Shown: positions 59,563 through 64,000 of the stretch, piece after piece
Numbering within the stretch: the first letter of the stretch is position 1
Layout of the letters: the number at the start of each line of letters is the position of its first letter
Assembly: GCA_022600605.1 (NCBI GenBank)
Contig: JAHZKD010000441.1
Coordinates: forward strand, 15,666 to 79,665
Length of the DNA stretch: 64,000 nt
DNA from: Actinomycetes bacterium
Lineage (GTDB): Bacteria; Actinomycetota; Actinomycetes; Mycobacteriales; Mycobacteriaceae
Direction of reading: 5' to 3'
Program-made: the position numbers and the translations under genes
The notes under the pieces: generated by a model
Databases searched by the model: none
What the model saw: only the letters and a program-made list of their open reading frames with translations
What the model was told of the DNA's origin: nothing

Positions 59563-61080
59563 TTAAGCAGCGTTGGGCGGTTTGCGGTTCATCGCAGATG
59601 CCACCGGCCCAGGGGCCGGACCCGGGTGGGGGTCGGTCTTACTCTTACTCCCCGCCTGGCTGACGGCTACGCCGCCCGGTTTCTCACCGGATGTCCCAGC
59701 CAGTTGTTCGGTTCGCTGCGCGGCCCAGCGTGTGAGCGCTTCCTCACGCACGTTCACCGCCGCGTTTGTGTCAGCGTTGCCGGTCCAGGAACACGCTTTA
59801 CATCGGAACACCGCTTGGCTTTCGCGGTTCTCCCGGGCCGTGTGCCCACACTGATGGCAACGCTGACTTGTGTAGGCCGCTGGCACCTCAACGTAGGTGA
59901 CACCGGCCAACTTGGCTTTGTACTCGACGTGTGTGGCCAACCGGGCCAGCGCGGTGTTCTGCAGCACCCGGTTCAGGCCGCGTTTGGCTGCCGCTCCGAC
60001 GCCTCGGCCGCGCCGGGTCATGCAGCCCAGGTGCAGGTTCTCGATACCGATGAAGTCATTGTCACCCACCAGCTGGGCGCTGAGCTTGTGCGCGAAATCG
60101 TCACGCACGCGCGCCTGACGCGCGGCCAGGCTCGCGGCCGCGGCCTTGTGCTGCTGGTAGCGCTTGCTGTCCCAGTACCGGCGCCCCTGACGTGAGGCGA
60201 GTAGCCGGGACTTGGCCATCTTGCGCTGATGAAACTTCCGCTGCTTGTCCAGGCCAGCGGTGTCCGGGGCATCGTAGAACCGGCCGCGGTCATCGGCGGC
60301 GGTGTGCACAACACCACGATCAAGGCCGATCACCCCACCGGTGCGGGTCTTGTTGGCAAGCGGCAGCGGCTCATTGACGAACACCAACTCTCGCCGCGTC
60401 CAGTTCACCCGCACCGATGTATAAGCCCGAATCGGCTGCGACATCCGCACATGCAAAGTGAGTCTCCATGCGAGTTTGTGCGGCTTGCCGTCCCGACCCA
60501 CCCCTGGCGCGCGGTGCGCAGCCGGGTTCGCGCCGCTGATCGTGACCACGCCCGAGCGGCGGCCCGTCTTGGTGAATGTCGCGTTGCGACCACCGTTGAA
60601 CCAGCACACAAACCGCTGAGCGGAGTCCTTGCGGCGGAAGCCGGGCATCACACCGGGCCGGCGACCCGCAGCGGCGTTGGTCTTGCGGCGTTTAGCCGCC
60701 GAGAACCAGTCCGTCGCTTCTGTCTTCAGCGTCGCCTCCAACACGTAACCCGGCATCGCCGCCAAAAAACTATGCCCGCTGCGGGCTTGCGCGTCGGTGA
60801 GGTCGGTGACTAAGTACCCGATCGGCACCAACACCGGCTCCCCGGCCGGATCGCTCACAAGGACACGCTCACCCTCACGGTCCTCGCAGCTCAGATATCG
60901 GCAGCGGGTCGAGCGGCGCTGGTTGAACCGGAACCGGAACCCATCACACAACCAGCCCACCACCCGCCCAGGATCGGCCGACCACATCGGAACCGCCGTG
61001 CCATCCGCCCCGGTGACATCGCCCAGGTACACCGCACTTCCGTGCAGGCGAGCGCGGGTGATCTTGACTTGTTGACTCAT
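59563..61080 (-). CDS. tnpB: TnpB RNA-guided endonuclease (505 aa)
   Basis: RuvC IGLDRG / IENL / NADTNAA; Zn finger CHQC...CKAC. Confidence 0.92.
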   Translation of the reverse strand: MSQQVKITRARLHGSAVYLGDVTGADGTAVPMWSADPGRVVGWLCDGFRFRFNQRRSTRCRYLSCEDREGERVLVSDPAGEPVLVPIGYLVTDLTDAQARSGHSFLAAMPGYVLEATLKTEATDWFSAAKRRKTNAAAGRRPGVMPGFRRKDSAQRFVCWFNGGRNATFTKTGRRSGVVTISGANPAAHRAPGVGRDGKPHKLAWRLTLHVRMSQPIRAYTSVRVNWTRRELVFVNEPLPLANKTRTGGVIGLDRGVVHTAADDRGRFYDAPDTAGLDKQRKFHQRKMAKSRLLASRQGRRYWDSKRYQQHKAAAASLAARQARVRDDFAHKLSAQLVGDNDFIGIENLHLGCMTRRGRGVGAAAKRGLNRVLQNTALARLATHVEYKAKLAGVTYVEVPAAYTSQRCHQCGHTARENRESQAVFRCKACSWTGNADTNAAVNVREEALTRWAAQRTEQLAGTSGEKPGGVAVSQAGSKSKTDPHPGPAPGPVASAMNRKPPNAA

Positions 61081-61491
61081 GACGCCAGCACCGCGTCCCA
61101 CTGATGCTCGATATAGCGTCGCACCGTCGTCTCCGACACGTAGCCGACTGACGCAGCGAAGTACGCCGGTGACCACAGCACCTTCGCGAACCGCCGCAGA
61201 TGCGGGAACTCCTGACGCAACACTCGCGCAGTGCGCCCCTTGACCGCACGCACCACCGCCGCCGGCGCGACGGCGGGCCCGACCCGCACGAACAGATGCA
61301 CATGATCGGGCATCACTTCGCAAGCCACGATCTGCCAGCCGTTCTCATCGGCGATCTGCTCGATCAGGTTCGTGCAGACGACGAGCGACCCGCCCGCCCA
61401 ACACACGCCGCCGGTACTTCGGGCACCACGCCAGATGTAAACCCAGCGAGCACACGCCTCCCGGCGTGCGACTAAACCGCTGACCCGACAT
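61077..61491 (-). pseudogene. tnpA: Y1 transposase TnpA with a +1 frameshift
   Basis: MSGQRF...HLAWCPKYRR in one frame; MPDHVHLF, LWSPAYF, YIEHQ in another; extra base at about 61367-61368 (415 nt in total). Confidence 0.85.
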
Positions 61492-61598
61492 ACCGCGAAC
61501 CATACGAGACGGGACTGACAAACTCGCCTGACCACGCTGTTCGCCAACGCCCCGATTCCCCCGGCCGCTAAAGCAACCGGCCCCCTCGGGGCTCCTCG

Positions 61599-61889
61599 GT
61601 GGACCTCAACGGGAATAGCATGCACACCAGGCACCGGGCCCTCCGCTATATGCCGGCGCACTGCGGCAAGTTGCCAATCGACCTCGCTGTCAGACCCTCG
61701 GCGTTCAAGCAGGGAATCACCCAGTTTCGCGATCGCGCTTTCGCGGGTATCTCCGGTAACTGACCAGTCCGCAGCGGGATAACGCGCTTCCCAAGTGCCG
61801 TCGGCGCACTCACTGACTTGGGGCGTGAACGAATAGGCCACACCGTATTGGGCCATCAACGCGGCCAGTTCCTCGTTGGAAGCGCTCAT
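61599..61889 (-). pseudogene. HicB-like gene interrupted by the IS
   Basis: DGTWEARYP...VTGDTRESAIAKL; the reading frame continues at 59519 (EQIMNS...). Confidence 0.55.
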
Positions 61890-62089
61890 GGCAGATACGC
61901 TCCTGTTCGGTCGGTCGGTGACAGGTACCTCGACAAGGACGGCCGGCTCGACATTCAGCCTACCGATGCCGCACCTCCCAGCTCGCGGGCAGCTTTGAGC
62001 CCAAACAAGCAGTCCAGCCTCACAATCCACGCTCGGTCAGGGCTAGCCACGTTTCGCATGCTACCTAGAACCGCTGGCACGACGGTGGG

Positions 62090-63883
62090 TCAGGAGTGGC
62101 TGCTCCACCACTGGTACAGGCCCCCGAGTTCCTGGCGGCCTGCGCGCACAACATTGAGTAGCAAGTCATCGTCGGTCGTCCAGGCCAGCACTGCCGAATC
62201 ACCTCGCTCGCCGCAATATAGCGTTCCCGCAGCGACGTCGGGGGTCGCGCGGCGGCGCCACGCACCTGGGCTTTGCATATTTCCCGGGCAAACGACGGTC
62301 GTGGACTCACCCGTCACGTCGTTGAACGCATCGTGGAGTGCACCAATGTCCCCGAACAAGGTGTACGTCGCCGATGTCGGTCCCGCGGCGTCGATGTTGG
62401 GCCCGCACGACATCGCGGCAATCGCACCCGCGGACACCCCCGCCGGCCGGCACACACCGCTGGGGTATCCCGCCGGCAGCATGCCCGCTAGCCGGTGCTG
62501 GCCGGCATTGTCTATAGCCGCCGCGGTGGGCGGCGGCGGGGGCACAGCCTGCGGAGGAGAGCTTGACTCAGGGGAACCCCCCAACATGATCACCAGCGCC
62601 ACGATGAGCACAGCCACGGCGGCGGCAGCCCCGGCCAGCATCACCGGCTTAGACACTCGCCTCCTGGGCTTGAATGTCTGTTTGAACTCCGGAAGAGCTC
62701 CAAACTGTGGCCCCGCATCTTCCTCGCCCTCCCGGCCGGCCGGCGCTGCAGGTACAGAAGCTGCAGCGGCGCGCGGCGGCTCTGTCTCTGTAGCAACAGC
62801 TTTCACCGGTCGAGACGTCGCGGCGGCCGGCCGGACAGGTGGGGCGGGGGCCTGGTGGGGCGACTTTATTGGTGGGCGAGGAGCCCCGACTGGTGGGGGA
62901 GACGGCTCGGCTGGTAGGCGGGGCGGGTCTGTTGGTGGGCGAGGGGACGGACTCGACTCGGCCAGCTCCACTTCAGCGCCCTCATCGGCAGCGCCCACCA
63001 CACGCTCGCGGTGCCATTCCGGCACCCCGGTTGGCGGTCCCGCCCCCCGCACAGCCTCAGCCGCCGCTGCCGCGAACTCACGTACTGAACCGTGCCGCTG
63101 CTCCGGATCCTTGGCTAGCGCCCTGGCGATCACCTGGTCAATCTCTGCCGTGGCCCACGAAAGATGGTCCGATACTCGCGGCGGGGGCTGCTCAAGGTGA
63201 GCCTTGATTGTTTCGGCTGTCCCGCCAGCGTCAAAAAACGGCTGCCGACCCGTGAGCAACCGAAACAGGGTGCAGCCCAGGGAATACAGATCAGCACGCC
63301 CGTCGACTGGCTTACCCGAGAGCGCCTCGGGCGCGGTGTAGGCCAGCGTTGCAGTGATATACCCGCCATCATCGTCAGGTCCGTCAACGTCGCCGATCGG
63401 GCGCGCCACTCCGAAATCACTGAGCCGCACCCGTTCCTCGTGTCCAGGTTCGCCACTTAACAGCAGATTCGCCGGCTTCACATCATGGTGAACAACATTG
63501 CATTTATGGGCATGGTCGAGCGCTTTGGCAACTTCACCAACGATGTGAATCGCCCGTTGTGGAGGCATCCGCCCTGCCCGCAACGCCATCTCGGCGTCAA
63601 TGCCTTCCACGTATTGCAGCGCGATCCACAGCTGCTCGTCATCAATCTCGGCACGGCCATAGATCGCCACAATGTTGGGATGATCCAGCAGCGAAGCGAT
63701 CTCGGCCTCGTGCACGAATCGCTCCCGAAACCCCACATCCTGGGCCAACTCCGCACCAAGAACCTTGAGCGCATCGCGGCGCGGCAATGTCGGGTGCTTG
63801 GCCAAATAGACCGTGCCCATACCGCCGGTACCCAGCACCCGCTCGAGGCGATACCCCGCAACCAGTGAGCCCAGCTCTAACAT
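62090..63883 (-). CDS. Transmembrane Hanks-type Ser/Thr protein kinase
   Basis: LGTGGMGTVY, ALKVL, HHDVKPAN, DFG, APE, DLYSLG; Pro-rich linker, TM, Cys-containing extracellular domain. Confidence 0.93.
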   Translation of the reverse strand: MLELGSLVAGYRLERVLGTGGMGTVYLAKHPTLPRRDALKVLGAELAQDVGFRERFVHEAEIASLLDHPNIVAIYGRAEIDDEQLWIALQYVEGIDAEMALRAGRMPPQRAIHIVGEVAKALDHAHKCNVVHHDVKPANLLLSGEPGHEERVRLSDFGVARPIGDVDGPDDDGGYITATLAYTAPEALSGKPVDGRADLYSLGCTLFRLLTGRQPFFDAGGTAETIKAHLEQPPPRVSDHLSWATAEIDQVIARALAKDPEQRHGSVREFAAAAAEAVRGAGPPTGVPEWHRERVVGAADEGAEVELAESSPSPRPPTDPPRLPAEPSPPPVGAPRPPIKSPHQAPAPPVRPAAATSRPVKAVATETEPPRAAAASVPAAPAGREGEEDAGPQFGALPEFKQTFKPRRRVSKPVMLAGAAAAVAVLIVALVIMLGGSPESSSPPQAVPPPPPTAAAIDNAGQHRLAGMLPAGYPSGVCRPAGVSAGAIAAMSCGPNIDAAGPTSATYTLFGDIGALHDAFNDVTGESTTVVCPGNMQSPGAWRRRATPDVAAGTLYCGERGDSAVLAWTTDDDLLLNVVRAGRQELGGLYQWWSSHS

Positions 63884-64000
63884 GGCCCACCCCCCGCACG
63901 TGGATTCCCCTGCGGCCCAGCGCCCCCTGCGCTAAACCGAGCCAAACAACGCAGCCGCGCGCGCGGCGTCATGGCAGATCCTTGAACGAGTCGAGATCTA

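Larger units (their letters stand above)
59520..61598 (-). mobile_element. IS200/IS605-family element (tnpA + tnpB)
   Basis: Right end GGAATCCACCGCTTTCAAGCGGTGGAGGATGTCAA hairpin ending in TCAA; left-end hairpin near 61555-61590; host ORF restored in frame on excision. Confidence 0.85.

Noticed and set aside
59563-61080. Cas12-type CRISPR effector
   Set aside because: No array nearby; IS605 ends and tnpA identify it as transposon TnpB
61077-62030. 317-aa ORF that looks like a HicB-TnpA fusion
   Set aside because: Chance read-through from the interrupted host gene across the IS left end into the frameshifted tnpA
61818-63200. 460-aa plus-strand ORF and many similar long antisense ORFs
   Set aside because: Shadow frames of real genes in high-GC DNA; no motifs

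Overview
High-GC actinobacterial DNA, almost certainly from a mycobacterial conjugative plasmid that is probably linear. From left to right it contains: (1) a MoxR-AAA/vWA-metallopeptidase operon; (2) a tandem YdiL/Aca2-like HTH protein and small Cys-rich ORFs; (3) a five-gene operon with Tap-like (internally duplicated) and Tpg-like telomere proteins; (4) a parA partition cassette; (5) a complete plasmid-type ESX (type VII) system with ESX-3-like Esx/PE/PPE, split into two convergent blocks around a SIR2-STAND putative defence gene and a vapBC pair; (6) a type IV/Tcp-like transfer region (FtsK/TcpA coupling protein, peptidoglycan hydrolase, VirB6-like, VirB4, TcpE/TcpC-like); (7) a divergent HTH-regulator + cutinase operon; (8) two TA modules whose toxins have degenerate active sites, and a Fic gene; (9) an IS200/IS605 element (frameshifted tnpA, intact tnpB) interrupting a HicB-like gene; (10) a non-RD Ser/Thr kinase. 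I saw no relaxase, rep gene, rRNA, tRNA or CRISPR array. All family calls come from motif recognition by eye, not database searches.
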